DNA of 64,000 nucleotides from contig NC_134473.1 of the NCBI RefSeq assembly GCF_964194025.1, positions 33,852,001-33,916,000 on the forward strand, read 5' to 3'. The translations under genes and the position numbers were made by a program. The DNA is from Convolutriloba macropyga. Taxonomy: Eukaryota. Positions 14,584-28,124 of this stretch are shown here, one piece after another (the stretch's first letter is position 1; each line of letters starts with the position of its first letter). The notes under the pieces are model-generated. The model did not search any database and had not been told where the DNA came from. It worked only from the letters and a program-made list of their open reading frames with translations.

Positions 14584-14970
14584 CCCGTACTTAACGCCAA
14601 GTCATTATCAGTACTGGGCAAGTCTAATTCCGAGTCTAATTAACAGTACTGATTCAGAGCTATGATCATAACACATTTAAGACTTGTCAGACTTGGCCAA
14701 GACTTGGCAAGTCTTAATCCAAGTCTTGGCCAAGACTTGGCAAGTCTTAATACAAGTCTCGGCCAAGACTTGCCAAGTCTTAATCCAAGTCTTGGCCAAG
14801 ACTTGCGAAGTCTTAATCCAAGTCTTGGCCAAGACTTGCCAGGTCTTAATCCAAGTCTTGGCCAAGACTTGGCAAGTCTTAATCCAGTCTCAAATGGCCG
14901 AAAAAAAGGTCAAAAATAGCCGAAAAAAACGTCAAAAATAGCCGAAAAAACGTCAAAAATGGCCGAAAAC
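14584..14970. repeat. 33-bp palindromic tandem repeat (14679-14886) plus 21-bp repeats; probably one arm of a CCC-ended DNA element
   Basis: Unit contains the 22-bp palindrome CCAAGTCTTGGCCAAGACTTGG; GCCGAAAAAACGTCAAAAATA x3; TA-CCCG at 14582. Confidence 0.8.
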
Positions 14971-17902
14971 TTTCAATTGTTTTCACGATCACAGAGCTGA
15001 ACAAATTGTTTTTAGGACCATTTATTCGCCATAGGGAACATTTTCTACAAAAAGCCACATTTTCCGCAATGGCTCCGATGTGATCAGATTGAGAGTTGAC
15101 AACCAGCAAACTTATTCTGCCTCAGAACCATTTGATGAGCTAGGATTGCTTCTGCTATTCCAAGAAATTAGTGGTCACAATTTTCTTTGCTGAGGGCTCA
15201 TGGACAAACTGCGACGACCTTTCCAAGAGCAACGAAGTGAAGAACGAATCAGTACAGTACGCAATTTCCATGCAAAAAAGACGCAACTTTCCGGCAAATT
15301 TTATCATCAAAAACGTCTGAAAAATTTTCCTCTTTATTCCAAATTCAACTTTCGACTGCGACCATTCTAATGGAAAAACAATCAAACTGAGAGGCTATCA
15401 GACAGTTCCAACATTAACTAGTTGCGACCATATCCCAGAAGAGAACCAAAAATCTAACAAAAACATGGGATCTCCACATTGGTGGCTTCTGCCACAAAAT
15501 TATCTGCAGATCAACAGCAGCCCAAAATATCAGAGCAATCAAAAACATCAAAAAAAGGCTAAGAACCGCAGAGAAATTATGTTCAAAAAATTTGTTATGA
15601 ATTAATTATGGTTGGGATTGTATCGCAGACCAATCAAGGAACTAAACTTGAAAGATTCCACCCTTTACCTTTCATCAGAAAAATGTGATTTTACGTGATG
15701 AACTCTGAGGTTCAGTCGACATATAATGGCACCAAAAATAAGTTCAATTCAAAATCATAATTTGGTCTTTCTGCAGAGATTATCATCTTATTTTCCAACC
15801 AATCGGATTGTCAGATGGGCAACTCTCTCACCCACAGAAACTTGGTGCTAACTTCCAAAGGCCACAAACTGATCAAATCACACTACCTGAAGCGATTAGG
15901 ATTCTCAAGATGAAATGATATTCTAATTTGGATGTGAAGCCAGAAGCTGGTTTTGTACCGCTGGTTTGTTTAGTGGAAAATTGTTTTTGATTAATGTGAC
16001 ATTTTACTTTTTGCTTCAAGAACTTTGCCAGAATCTATATTTTGAGTTTTATCTACTACAAACTCATCCAACTAGCCACATTTATGAGACTACTATTTAG
16101 GTTGGTGTCATAAATCTTTGCTTATGAGTTTAAATCCTAAAACATCTACACGTGGAAACCGCGTATCGCTATCTTACTTCTGGGCACTGTTTAGTTTCGT
16201 TGTTGTACTTTTGACTGGCCAAATTTAGATTCCAGGCTAAAAATTACCAGAAATGAAAGTCATTGTATCACGTTGAGATTACTAGGCTGTCAACTTCAAC
16301 TGGTGCATGACTTTTTCCAGCACCAATATCTCCGTATCTGCAATGAAAACTTGGCGAGGATCAAAACCAGATTCCGCGCAAATGGTCCACTTTCACGAGT
16401 AAATTTTCGTTGTTTTGCGTTGTAAAACTTTTGTTGTAAAATAAATATAAAGAAAGCCAAAAAATATCCTCAACTAACACAAAGATGCTTCTTGAGTCAA
16501 ATAGTTGGGTTTCGATGAGTAAATTACGCTTCAATGTCGAAGAACCGTATTCGTGATTATTTCGATGGGAAGTTGAAAAACCTTCCAAGATTTTGTTCGT
16601 CGATAACTGTTTTTCACAGCTCAACATTAGTTTTGCTTGGCTTACATTGGTTGGCTACGTGCCTGAGCAGTGTTCTGCAGCCACTCAAAGTGGCTAACTT
16701 CTTGTAAGCTGTTCTGTTGAACTTATATTTTTGAAGAAAACAAACTCAACAATAATGTTTTATTTTTCCGTTTTCGACAATTTTATTTCAGTTCTCGGCA
16801 GCTGAGGTTGACCAGCTTCAGTTTTCTAAATTTATCTTCTGATTGTTTCTACAACAAACCAAATCACGCTTACAGAATTTCTTGATGACAAGTTGAAAGA
16901 TCACAAGAAACATAGGTGTGCTTTTTACATACTTTTAGTTTTTACTTCGTTAAAAACAAGTGTATCTATTAAAAACTAAAACGATCTTTTCCATTTATGC
17001 CCCCCATAACGTTATGCGTCCCCAGTTACGGAGCACGTTACATAGTAAATCATTATGTAAAAGTATGGCCCCCTCGTGGGGGGATGCAAATAACATGCGC
17101 CCACTAAGCGTTGGGGAGCACAAACGGAAAAGATCCGGCTAAAACTCGCACAACGAAATGAGTTCATATTTCCACTAATTAAAATGTCGACTAACAAACT
17201 CTACGAGTGACCACTATGAGTGCGTGACTAGACAAATGCTATATCTTACTAACCTATTATCAATTAACAAAACAGTATAAGAAATTTTCGACTAAGCCTC
17301 AGTGTTGAATGACTTGTCTGCGGCCAGATCACCAATCATGTAAATTATTTAGTTAATCTAAAATTTGTTTCTGTATTTTTGCATAGATAAATATCAAAAA
17401 ACCGGCTCAACTTTTTTGCATATTCAGTTCCAATTTAAATTCGATATTCAAATTTTTGAATTTTTGACCGTGTTAGAGACCATGTCAGTAAGAGACTTCG
17501 TATCAGAGAGAAATGCGACGATTTGTTTCGTCCATATGTAAAAAAAGTTTTCAATGATAATCATCATTTTTATACGAATTCACTTTTTTGATATACATAG
17601 TAGCAATTCTTACCGCCGACAGTTTCGGACGGGTGGCGATATCGGTTGTACTGCACTGGTGTTTTGTTACCATTACCTTAATTGTTCCGTTAACAAGTAA
17701 GCTTTCAGGGAGTTTTTTGAATTTCTCTTGCTTATCCACACAATCTTGCATCTTTTCGGAAATAAAAAAAATCCGGGCGATCTTAAAGCAGACGTATAAA
17801 TCATGTTACGACTCGCGGTTGCAGCGGTTCGATTTGCGACCCAGAATTTTGAAGTGAATTTAACTAGAGTGACGTTAACTTCTATGAAACACGATCTTGC
17901 AT

Positions 17903-18757
17903 CCAGGTTCGAGAAAAAATCGAAAACATATGTAAAGTAAGCGGTGAAAAGTTGGTTTTTCACCGCAAATTTTGTACATAATTTTGCGGTGAAGTGCGGT
18001 GAAATTATGTAATTTCACCTCTAGAGTAGGCGGTGAACTTACAAAAAGTCACCACATTTCAGCGCTTACTACACTCTAACCTCCTTGCACGGACTCGAAC
18101 CTCTCTGCTCCTGCATGTCAGCCACTTCTTCTTCCTCTGCGCTACTTCTCACTAAACGCCAGCATATTTGTTTTGAATTCAAATCAAATTCACTCTATTT
18201 TTTGTAAATCATACGCGTTGATTTTTTTGTAAGATTAGCAGTGAAATTACAAATTTTAGCGGTGAAATGTGGTGATTTCTTGTAAGTTCACCGCTTACTC
18301 TAGTGGTGAAATTACATAAATTCACCGCTTTAAAAAGTTTCAAAAAGATGTATGATTATTTGAGGGTAAATTTTCGTTGGTCTTTTAATAAATGTATCTT
18401 AACTTCGTTGAACAAAAGAGAATTCGAAGCGTTTTCTAAGCGGTGAATTTATTTTCACCACTATGTTAAGCGGTGAATTTATGTAATTTCATCGAATTCA
18501 CCGCTTATCTTACACAATTTGGACACTTTTTTTCAAAGCGGTGAATTTATGTAATTTCACTGCTAAATTCAGCGGTGAAATTATGTAATTTCACCGCAAC
18601 CAGGCGATAACGGTTTTTTTCACCGCATTCACCGCCTGATTTATGTAATTTCATCGCATTCACCGCTTATCTTACAAAATTTTCCGCATTCACCGCTTGT
18701 CTTACATAACTTTGCGTTGATTGGCGGTGACACGTGATGTTAAAAATCGGGTCCTAA
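17903..18757. mobile_element. Older relative of the 19995-20642 element, opposite orientation
   Basis: Same GCGGTGAA/TTCACCGC motif arrays and a reverse tRNA-like core at 18081-18150; ends degenerate. Confidence 0.7.
18081..18150 (-). pseudogene. tRNA-derived Pol III promoter-like segment
   Basis: Minus strand TAGCGCAGAGG..CATGCAGGAG..GGTTCGAGTCC. Confidence 0.65.
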
Positions 18758-18899
18758 ATATATAAGAATATCAGGCACTTCAAAGTCTGTCACTTTTAAA
18801 ACATGAACGTGCGTGTTTCAAGCTGTTAATAGGCTGTTGATAAAGTGACAAGATTTTTGTGGTTTTGGAAACAAAATATACTAAATTAAAATAAAGACC

Positions 18900-19015
18900 C
18901 TCCCTGATTGGAACAGGTGGTTTTTGTACCAATCTGCATCCCTTTTCACTCCTTCTTCTGAGTCATCACTGTCAGATACACTCGCTTCCGATTCGCTTCC
19001 CAAGTCAGGGTTCAT
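18900..19015 (-). CDS. Putative first coding exon of a multi-pass membrane protein gene
   Basis: ATG 19015, acidic N-terminus MNPDLGSESEASVSDSDDSEEGVKRDADWYKNHLFQSG; phase with the next exon requires a GG (18899) or GA (18902) donor, or an unseen exon. Confidence 0.5.
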
Positions 19016-19994
19016 CCCAAATTGTGCACAAAAAAATGGATATGAATAACAGCTGAAAATAATGAGAGAAGTCGAGAAAAATCTAAGCTCTTCGACAATT
19101 ACAAACTGAATGCATTCTAGAGTGTGAATCCAAACTTCCCTACGTTTGTTAAAACAAAATCTTAGTCGCTTGAGGGACTTAGTGCCCTGACACGAGGGCG
19201 CTTGTGCCCGTGTGCTGGGCACGAGTTCGGAGTGTGACGAACATTTTGTTCTAACGCATTTAGAGAACCAGTGTTGAATTTCAGTTGAATTGAAGTTAAG
19301 AGCACATTTTCGCAGATTAATGACATGAAAGTTTTCTTAAAATATACAGGAGTTGAAATATGCCATACGTCTCCGTCTCCGATAGCGAAGCAGCCAATTA
19401 TTTAGAGCCGTTTGTTTCAAGCGTCAAAAGTTAGATTTCTATATAATTCTATTTTTGCCCTAAACTTAGTGTTCTAAATTAGAACACAAAGTTTAGGGCA
19501 AAAAATGAATTTTTACTTTTTTAGCTCTAATTTCAAACTTTCAAAAAAAGATCTCTGTCTCGAAGTTTCAGTGACAGATGAAATCGTCCTCGGTTCTCTA
19601 AATGGAAATGGGTTTACTCCCCCGTTGACAAATATAATTATCAGAAAAGCGGTTTAAAGTTACTCGTTTAGATGAATTTGTGAATTGAGAAGGGCATTTT
19701 GGCAATCCATCAAGGTAAAATCGAAAAACCTGTTGATGAAGGCATCATGACCTAGCAGAAAAACAAAAATAAGTGATCTCTTTAATTAAGATTATCCGTT
19801 GTTTCCGCAATTTTCCATCACGAATTGCTTTTTTCTATGTACAAGCTAGAAACTAAACTTTAGCGGCACGCGGGTATTCGTCTCCCGCCAGAAGTTCTCA
19901 GTCACTAATAGCGGACTCACATAACTTTGCTTAAAACACGCGCAAATAGCGCATTTTAAAATAATAGAAACTCATGGAAGTCAACTTCTGGCTA

Positions 19995-20642
19995 CCCGGG
20001 TCGAGGTTTTTGGGTAAATTTTCGTATGAAATGCGGTGAATGCGGTGAATTTTCGTAAGAAATGCGGTGATTGCGGTGAATGCGGTGAAAAAAAATAATT
20101 CACCGCTTTTCACCGCATTTCTTACAAAAATTCAACAAAAATTCACCGCATTTCTTACAAAAATTCACCGCATAGACTATTATGGCAAAATAATGTAAGA
20201 AATGCGGTGAATGCGGTGAATGCGGTGAAAAAAAAATAATTCACCGCTTTCTCTCAAGCGGTGAATTATTTTTTCTCACCGCTAGATGCGGTGAAAAAAA
20301 ATAATTCACCACATTTCACCGCATTTCTTACAAAAATTCACCGCATATGGTTTCCAAAGTTTACTCAATCTGATTTAAATTCACAAGAATTAACAAACAA
20401 GTAAGTGACAGTTGGCGCAGTGGAATAAGCATTGGAAGGCATGCAGGAGGTCAGAGGTTCGAACCCGTGTAGGGACGATTCTTTTTTGTAAGAATACTGA
20501 GAACGCGGTGAAAAAAAATAATTCACCGCGATTCACCGCATTCACCGCAAAAAGATGTAAGAAATACGCGGTGAAAATTATTTTTTTTCACCGCATTTCA
20601 CCGCATTTCTTACGAAATTTCACCACCAAACCTCGACCCGGG
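19995..20642. mobile_element. Non-autonomous TIR element (CMC/EnSpm-like) with TA target duplication and central tRNA-like segment
   Basis: TA|CCCGGGTCGAGGTTT ... AAACCTCGACCCGGG|TA; many GCGGTGAA/TTCACCGC motifs in both orientations. Confidence 0.88.
20406..20476 (+). pseudogene. tRNA-derived Pol III promoter-like segment
   Basis: A box TGGCGCAGTGG, B box GGTTCGAACCC; acceptor and anticodon stems do not pair. Confidence 0.7.
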
Positions 20643-23600
20643 TATGTACATTTTAAAGCGTGCACGTGACTTTCGACATTTTAAAGCGTGCACGTGCATT
20701 TTTTAAGTATATGTTTAAAAATGTGATCTTTTCCGTTTGTCTAAATCGAGCGCAGTCGTGCCCGAGTGTCATATACATGTCTGGAGAATGCTAAAAATCG
20801 TGATCTAACCTATTTAGAGAACCAAAGATACATGAAGATCAAGATCCACATACTTCTACTGTGTACGTCTTTCCCCGTCCCTTTCTGAGCCTTAATTGCA
20901 AACTAATTGACTAACAAGTCAAGCTGCCTCGATTTTTGCGGCTGATTATTTTTTAGCCTCTCAAAGTGTAAATGATAAGCAAGTGATATTAATAGACTGT
21001 TGAATCCGCGGACTCTTTTGGGCCATCCCTTAAAGATCAATCTTAAAGTGAACCAATAAGAGCAGCAATTTGATGGCAAAATCAGATGCTACATGAACTC
21101 AGTTAATATTTTGAAAAGAAAAAGGTATGAAGAGTTTTTCTTTATATAAATTTAATCATAATATATGGTCAAAAATGAAATCGGGCTTAAAAAGTACAGA
21201 TCATGGACAACTATATATTCTTCTGCATGTTCATCTTCTAATGGTTTCTTTCTAAGGCATGCAGGCCTTTTTGCAGTCAAATACTAACTCCTCAAGCTCC
21301 AAGAGACGTCCTAGAACAGTAGTTTCATGTGATTAACTAATGAAATTATGTGTTTTTAATTTCGATTTCTTTACACAATAATTATTCGATAGCTTTATTG
21401 GACGCTTCAAATATGAGATATATTTGCAAATTACTGATTTCAGTTTTGTCGCATTGCTATATTAGAACGCAAACCAACCGCGAAAATTCAAAAGATTTCA
21501 TGAAACTTAATCTGTATTTTTTTAAAACCAGCTTTGCAGATTTCATAATATTTCTCACGCTAACTTTCAACAGTTTTAGTGGAAGTAGATGCTTATTGCA
21601 GATGCAAAAATTCTAAAGCTGATTGCAAAATCAAAGAAAAAAGGAAAAAAGAAACAGAAAAAAATCATTGAATGTCCTGTCACCAAGAATGGTTCAAACA
21701 TCAAAAGTTGTGCGGAAACTAATACGAAGTAAGAGAACGAATTTTAGCCATCAGAATCGAGTACTTCTAGTCTTTAAAATAAGAATTAAATGCGTTCTTA
21801 TATACGTAGAAAGCTCCGAAAAAGTTCACTTAACCCAATTTTAAGTAAATATAACCACGATATGTACCAATTTAGGTGGTTTTCAGCTCAAACTTTTTCG
21901 GTTTTCTAAACAATTGTCAACTGATTATGAACCAACTTTGACGTCAGTAGGATACGCGCAAGAGAGCCGACGTTATAAAGAACCGACGTTAGAAAGCGCT
22001 GAAACCTGACTTGATATAAAAAGAGCCGAAAGCAAAAAGTTCACTTTAATTACCCTAAATTGTTAGCTGATTACAAAGAAAAATACTTAAGTGAGTTAAT
22101 TGGTCGCATGTTCGGCTGCGATAGTTTCATATTAATTCCCATAGGCCGCCGAGGCATGGCCATGGCCCACAATAATTTCAGGATAATTATTTATTGATTC
22201 GCTTTCAGTTTCGTTTACCGGAAAATATTAAAATTTCATTTTCGAATACTCGGTTATGATTGGTTGAGAATTTGGCAGTCTCATTTCAGAAAGCTAGTCG
22301 CTTCTCTCCGTCTTCCTAGGGTGTGACTAAAGTTTGTTCCGGAGTTAAGGCTAGCTTGTTCGGTTGCCTTTGTTGCTGTTGTCTGTTAACATAGTTCTTC
22401 AGCGCCTCCTCACTCGTTTCCCGCCTCTTCTCTCCCATCCGTTCCCTTGCGCGTTTCGCAATCGACTTCCCCTCCGCAACGTTTCCGTTGCGTCGCGCTC
22501 GACTTCCCGTTTTTTCTTCTTCTCTCATTGTATTGAACGCACAGCGTTCAGCGCTCGCATTCTGTTGTTGGCAACGTTTTGTTTGCTCGACCATTTTTTC
22601 TGCTCTAGGTTGGTTTGTTTTACAGAGTGTCTACAGTGTGCTGTCTTTCGCTGACTTTTGCGTTCGATTTCGTTTTTATGATTTTGGTTTATTTGGAGTG
22701 TGCGTATAACAGACAACTGAGAGCTGTGGTAGCTTATTTTTCCAATTATTAACATCGTGATGTCCAACACTCTTGACCAAAAAGTCAAAAAATGACACTC
22801 TGCTAGATCGAAGCGTTAAGCTGAATTGCCTGCTATACATGAAGATATCAATCTTTGTATAAATAGTCAAAGTATGCGCTTGTAAACTGACCGCACAAAA
22901 ATAAAATTCAACAAAGCCTCGTGACTTTCGCGGACAAAAATCAGGACTTGATTGCCTTTGCTTGGTTAACCGAGGACCCAACCGCACTTTTTTAAGCAAT
23001 AAAAATTTACTTGGAGGCAATGATAATTAAGAATGACAAAATCTTCACTTCGGCACAAAATTACATCAATTCTACTGATGATAAAATGAGTGACATTCAG
23101 GAACCGAGGACTTCCAGTCGTTCTAGAGTTTTTCACTGATAGCCTCGTCAAAAACATCTAGTCAACGTAAACAAGATAACGTTAATGCGAAATTTGATCA
23201 CGAAAAAACTGAATAACAGAAGGAAGCACCCATTTGCCTTGCTGAACAGAAAAAGGCAAATAGAAAAAAATGAACTGGAGGAAAACAACATGTAACTGTT
23301 GGCAGAGTCTACCATGCAAGGGTTTCAACTGTTGGGCGCCGTTTCCAAAGATAGTCACTCTGAAACAACTGCAACTGCTAGGAGCTCAATGAAAAGGGAA
23401 GAACCTGTCCAGGACTGGATCGAGACCTCATTTGCTTCAATTTTTAACAATGAGGAAACTTGTTAACCAGAAGTTACGAATGGCCCTCCAGAAAGTCTTG
23501 ATCACAACGACGGTGAAAAATGGAAGACCAGAACACTAAAACTTCAAGGCATTCCATTCCAAAATAATTTCGAAGCAACTACATTTTAAGCAGTTAGACA

Positions 23601-24522
23601 TTTATTGCAACTTGATTCTCACTACACGCCACCTGAGGGGTTTTTGGCGGTAAAAAACGAGCATTTTACGTGCATTGTACCAGGCAAATTTACAGGCGCA
23701 AATTAATCATTCTGGCTAACATGGCGCAGCGCCTACATTTCTAATTACACAAAGAATCAAAAAAAAGTTGCTCGATTCCGGTTCACGCACCAGTGTTTTC
23801 TTCACCACCCGCTGACGAACATCTTGTTTAATCACAACCATTAGCAGCAAGTAAATTCAATCAAATCTTCCAAAATTTCTCCACACGCACAAATTCAAAA
23901 TTCACAGTCCAGGTTACATGAAAAATCAAGTCTGCCAGAGAACACTTCAGCCTAGCGTATATGTCCCCAACAAAAATTAATTTTGTTTCCCGAGCCCCAA
24001 AACCCAATTGTCCACCCTTTCCGAAAACAAATAATCCAGACCTAGCAATAAATGTTCCCTTTCACCCAAGCGTCCCACCAAGTCCAAACACCCAACAGCA
24101 CAATGCGGAGCCCGGTATTTCTGATAATCTTCCACTCTCAAAACCAGCATTTGCACCTAACTTCACTGCTCCCATTCCAGACGTCCCTTTGATCAACCAG
24201 CATCCCGTCCGACCACAGCACTTCTGAGAAAAATACTAACTGTGTACACAAAATTGTACGTTCCGTTGATCTTGTTGTCCCAAATACGCCCAATATCACT
24301 CTTGGCATACATTTTGTGCCAATTATTAGTCACTGAAGCTTTTCACAGAACAGACCGTCAATAGTCAATCAAGGCACTACTACCGTTAACAGTTTGCCTC
24401 CAAATGTACAGGCACCTGGTGAATCATCAACCACTAGTGTTCCAGTACGATTATTTTATAATTCACCCCTTTTGATTGTTATACAATCACCATCCGGTAT
24501 ATATTAGGAAAACCCGATAGCA

Positions 24523-25020
24523 ACAGCTAGTAATGTTGTACCTGGTCTAGCCACTCCTGTTTGTCAGTCAATATTTCCTCATATTTATTCCTCTCCGTTA
24601 AGTTGGAGTAGTCGGCAGGTGTCTGCAACTGTTCTTCCGATCTCAGACAATGCGTCAATGCTTAGCGAATTCGCTGATGCGATAACAAGCCAGAAAAAAG
24701 ACTCACTGCCCGAATGGATACTTGTTCAGTATAATGGCAACCCATTGTAATGGCAAGAGTAGTATGGTCAATTCAAAAGAGCGATTGATTCGCATACGGT
24801 AACCAATCAATGCTAGTAATGTTGTACCTGGTCTACCCGCTCGAGTTTTTCAGCCAACATATCCTTATGTTGAGCCCCCTTCATTCAATTGGAGTAGTCC
24901 ACAAGTGTCTGCAACTGCCCCTTCCGATACCAGACAATGAATAAATGATTAGGGAATTGGATGATGAAATAACAAGCAAGAAAAATGACCGTTTGCCAGA
25001 ATGAAATCTTGCTCAGTATT
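24523..25020 (+). repeat. Diverged ~200-bp duplication inside Pao gag (24525-24730 vs 24812-25020)
   Basis: GCTAGTAATGTTGTACCTGGTCTA and GTGTCTGCAACTG anchors occur twice. Confidence 0.8.
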
Positions 25021-28000
25021 CATTTCAATGGCACAAGTGGGATGGTTTTCACCAACTATTACAAAAGTCATTTGCCAACGATCGTCACTGGTAAAACCAA
25101 GATTGTAATCGCCGTTTGCTTACTGTGGTATAATGTACAAGGATGCACAAGATACCTTAGAACGTAAAATTAGCAAGTCGCATGTTGTCGTAACTGCACG
25201 CTTGGATAAATCTGCACCATCCAGCATCGTTGGGTTTTTCAAGTCACTATCATATGACATTAACTTAAAGCGCGCTTCCTTACTCAAACGTTACTTATGT
25301 TACCATCAAACATGGAAGAGTCGCTGTTTACGGTTAAAAAGCACTGGGTTAAACATACTCTCCTTGACATTAATCATTGATTCAAAGAAAAGTCTGCGAC
25401 CCGCAATCTTATGAAACAGAGTGCAAACAAGGCAAAACCTGAAGATAACAGCACTTTGATAACAGCACTTAAATAACAGCGCTAAGAACAAAACAGCCTC
25501 AAAATTACTTGCATCAAATTTACAACAAAGAAACAAAGAACCAAAAGCCATCGTCTTCCACCAGCACTTGTTCTTGATGCATTGCTTGCAAAGGTAACCA
25601 CCTGCTATGGGAGTGTCGAGTTTTCAGGGAAAATAATCCAAGCCAGCGAGCTAAATTTCTGCCCGATAAAAGCTTTGCTTTTCGTGCTTGAGGCACAAAC
25701 ACACATTGTCCTCAACCAAGAAACTGCCGGGCAGAAGTGTGCAATAGTTCTCAAAAGACACTATTGCATGGAGCAGATTGCGTTTTTCCAAGAAAGCGGT
25801 GAACAAATTCCAATACTATTCAGCCTTCTGGCAAAACAGGTCGAAGTAAAGCAACTGCTAGTAAACAGCCGTCTAAAAAGACCGAAAAGGTGTCATCTCT
25901 TATTGACATTAAGGAGCTCCTTCAGGTGACTGAATTGCAGTTGATCAATTTGTCTGGTTTAAATACCAAGCCTTCAGTTTTCTGTGATATCGCCTGCAGT
26001 AACTCGTGGGTGGCCGGTAGTCTCGCAGATAGACTTGGTATGCAAAATAAAGCACGAAAGGTTACTGTCATGGGTACTAATATCGAAGATTTAATTGACG
26101 CTAGTGTTGTTGAAATTACTGCAAAACCAAGCTTACGTCATAATTTCAAACTATTTTTCATCAATCTTTTAGATAAAGAGATTCTGAACATGGACTCCGT
26201 ATAGTTAATGCATGAGAATTAGTTAATGCAAGAGAAGCGTTGCTGGAGAATTACCCGCACTTAGCCGCATTGATCCCAGGGCGTACTCCTATAAAGACAT
26301 ATAAAACGTACAAAAGATGTCTATCATGCCTTTCCCTCGTGAGAATACTTCTCTGCCGATGATAAGCGTTCACCCGTTGCCGTACGCTTACCCAAAGGTT
26401 GGGTCCGTTAGCATCAAGTTCGGGGTTAACCAAAAGGAGGTTTATAGTGAATATCGAGTATGACCATGAGTTAGCAAGTCAAGTAGATTCATGGTACGAC
26501 ATTGAATCGTTCGGGGCAAACAAACAGGTCGACTCACGATTGGCAGCAGGAGCAAGCAAATCCTTGAAAATACCATAGTACCCATGAGCTTGAGATACGA
26601 TGTTGGAAAGCAATGGGCTGCACACAACACAAAGTTCTCAAATAATTACTTCTCCTCCCTTCTGCAACCGAAACATTTCGAAAAACGATTCGTCAAAGAT
26701 GAAGACCCTAGAGAGAATCATACTAATACTACCAAGAATGATCTAAATAAGGGGTATCTAATTGAGATTCCGGACGCTCCGCTCACAAGGCTGAGAACCG
26801 GTCCATTAGTACCTACCACATTGTCCGGGTTAAAACCCAAATAAACCGGGTAAGGTGCTTAGGGTGCTCTATGAAGCAGCAAAAGTTCACCGCTTTTCGT
26901 TGAATAAGTCCTTGCTCACTGGTCCTCTTCTGATCGAAAAACTTTATATGTAATTAAACGCTCAAGACAACAGCCATATACCAAAGGCCGTCCTTGAAAA
27001 TTTTTAGAAGGACAATTGCCCTGCCTCAGTGGAGCCTTCCGAGAAAGCCATCAATAGATCGAGGGACTTGGTCCATCTTTTTGATCTTGTTGGGTTCAAA
27101 CTTACTAAGTTTGTAAGCAGTGCGCCATAATATGGCTGACCAAACCGACGGTCTTCCTCAATCTACTGAGCCCAAGGTTAAATCTTCATGTCTGGAGGAT
27201 TCATCGCAAGTGCTTGGGCTAAAGTTGGACCACACTAATGACAACTTAATTTTGAGTAGGGTCAAAGCTGCGCTATTATCAAATCACTCACGCAGCGCTT
27301 GGTTCTAAGTCTTTTCTCAAAAGTTTTGGTCTTGTCGAATCGTTTAAGTTTGGTGCGCGACTGCTCTTAAAATACATCTGGCGTGTCAGAGAACAACAAT
27401 GGGATGACGAGCTCCAACAGGAATTGATTCCTAGGTTTTTGGTTAGGAGTGTGGATTTAACATGGCTTGAAAACATCAGAATCCCCCAAAAATTACATTA
27501 GTGGACTCTTTGATAATAAAGAATTGCTGACGTTTGGTAACGGTTCCCGGGATATTTTCGGGGCCATCGCATTCTTTCAAGCCCTAGTAATAATTCTTAC
27601 GGGCGGGGAAAAACAGAGGCTCCGTTTCTTTTCTGAGGAAAAGAGTGCGTGGCACCAATGAAAGTAATGACTGTCCCAAAGCTCTAAATGCAATCAGTTC
27701 TACTCTATTGAAAAAGGAAATTACAGAAGCACCTGTGACTGTTAACCATTGAAAGGCAAGCAATGGTTGTTGCAAACCGCGTTTGCAAAGTTTTGAGGGA
27801 TACCAGCGTTGACTAATTGTTTCATCTTGCAACTTAGATAAACGCTGGTACGCGTACAATCTCTGCTGAAGTTTTGCAACTCCGCTTTTGAGTCTGGGGT
27901 CCACAATTCTCAACTAATTCACATACCCTTTTCTCACCGAACAAAAAACTCATTAATAACATCAAACTTGGCGTCAATCAGTCGGTCACTATAGAAGACA

Positions 28001-28124
28001 CTGTATCTTTGGCGTTCCATAGCGTCGTTATTCCCGTTTGATAAGTTCAGTTTTTATTTAAAAAAATTGTTTTGCCGCATACGTTCTTCGACTTTTGCGA
28101 TAACTTCGATGGTAGCATAACTAA

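Noticed and set aside
14662-14941. Repetitive ORFs (LGQDLASLNPS; KTWQVL)
   Set aside because: By-product of a stop-free 33-bp tandem repeat open in several frames
13000-15970. Possible decayed DNA-transposon ORF ending in a PHD-like motif (SWFC at ~15950)
   Set aside because: Only scattered Cys motifs; no continuous frame or catalytic motif could be supported
20406-20476. Functional tRNA gene
   Set aside because: A/B boxes are present but the cloverleaf stems cannot form, and it lies inside a TIR element
22335-22960. 5' LTR of the Pao element
   Set aside because: The TGTT start is plausible but it does not match the sequence after the presumed PPT at 30231, so no LTR pair can be called
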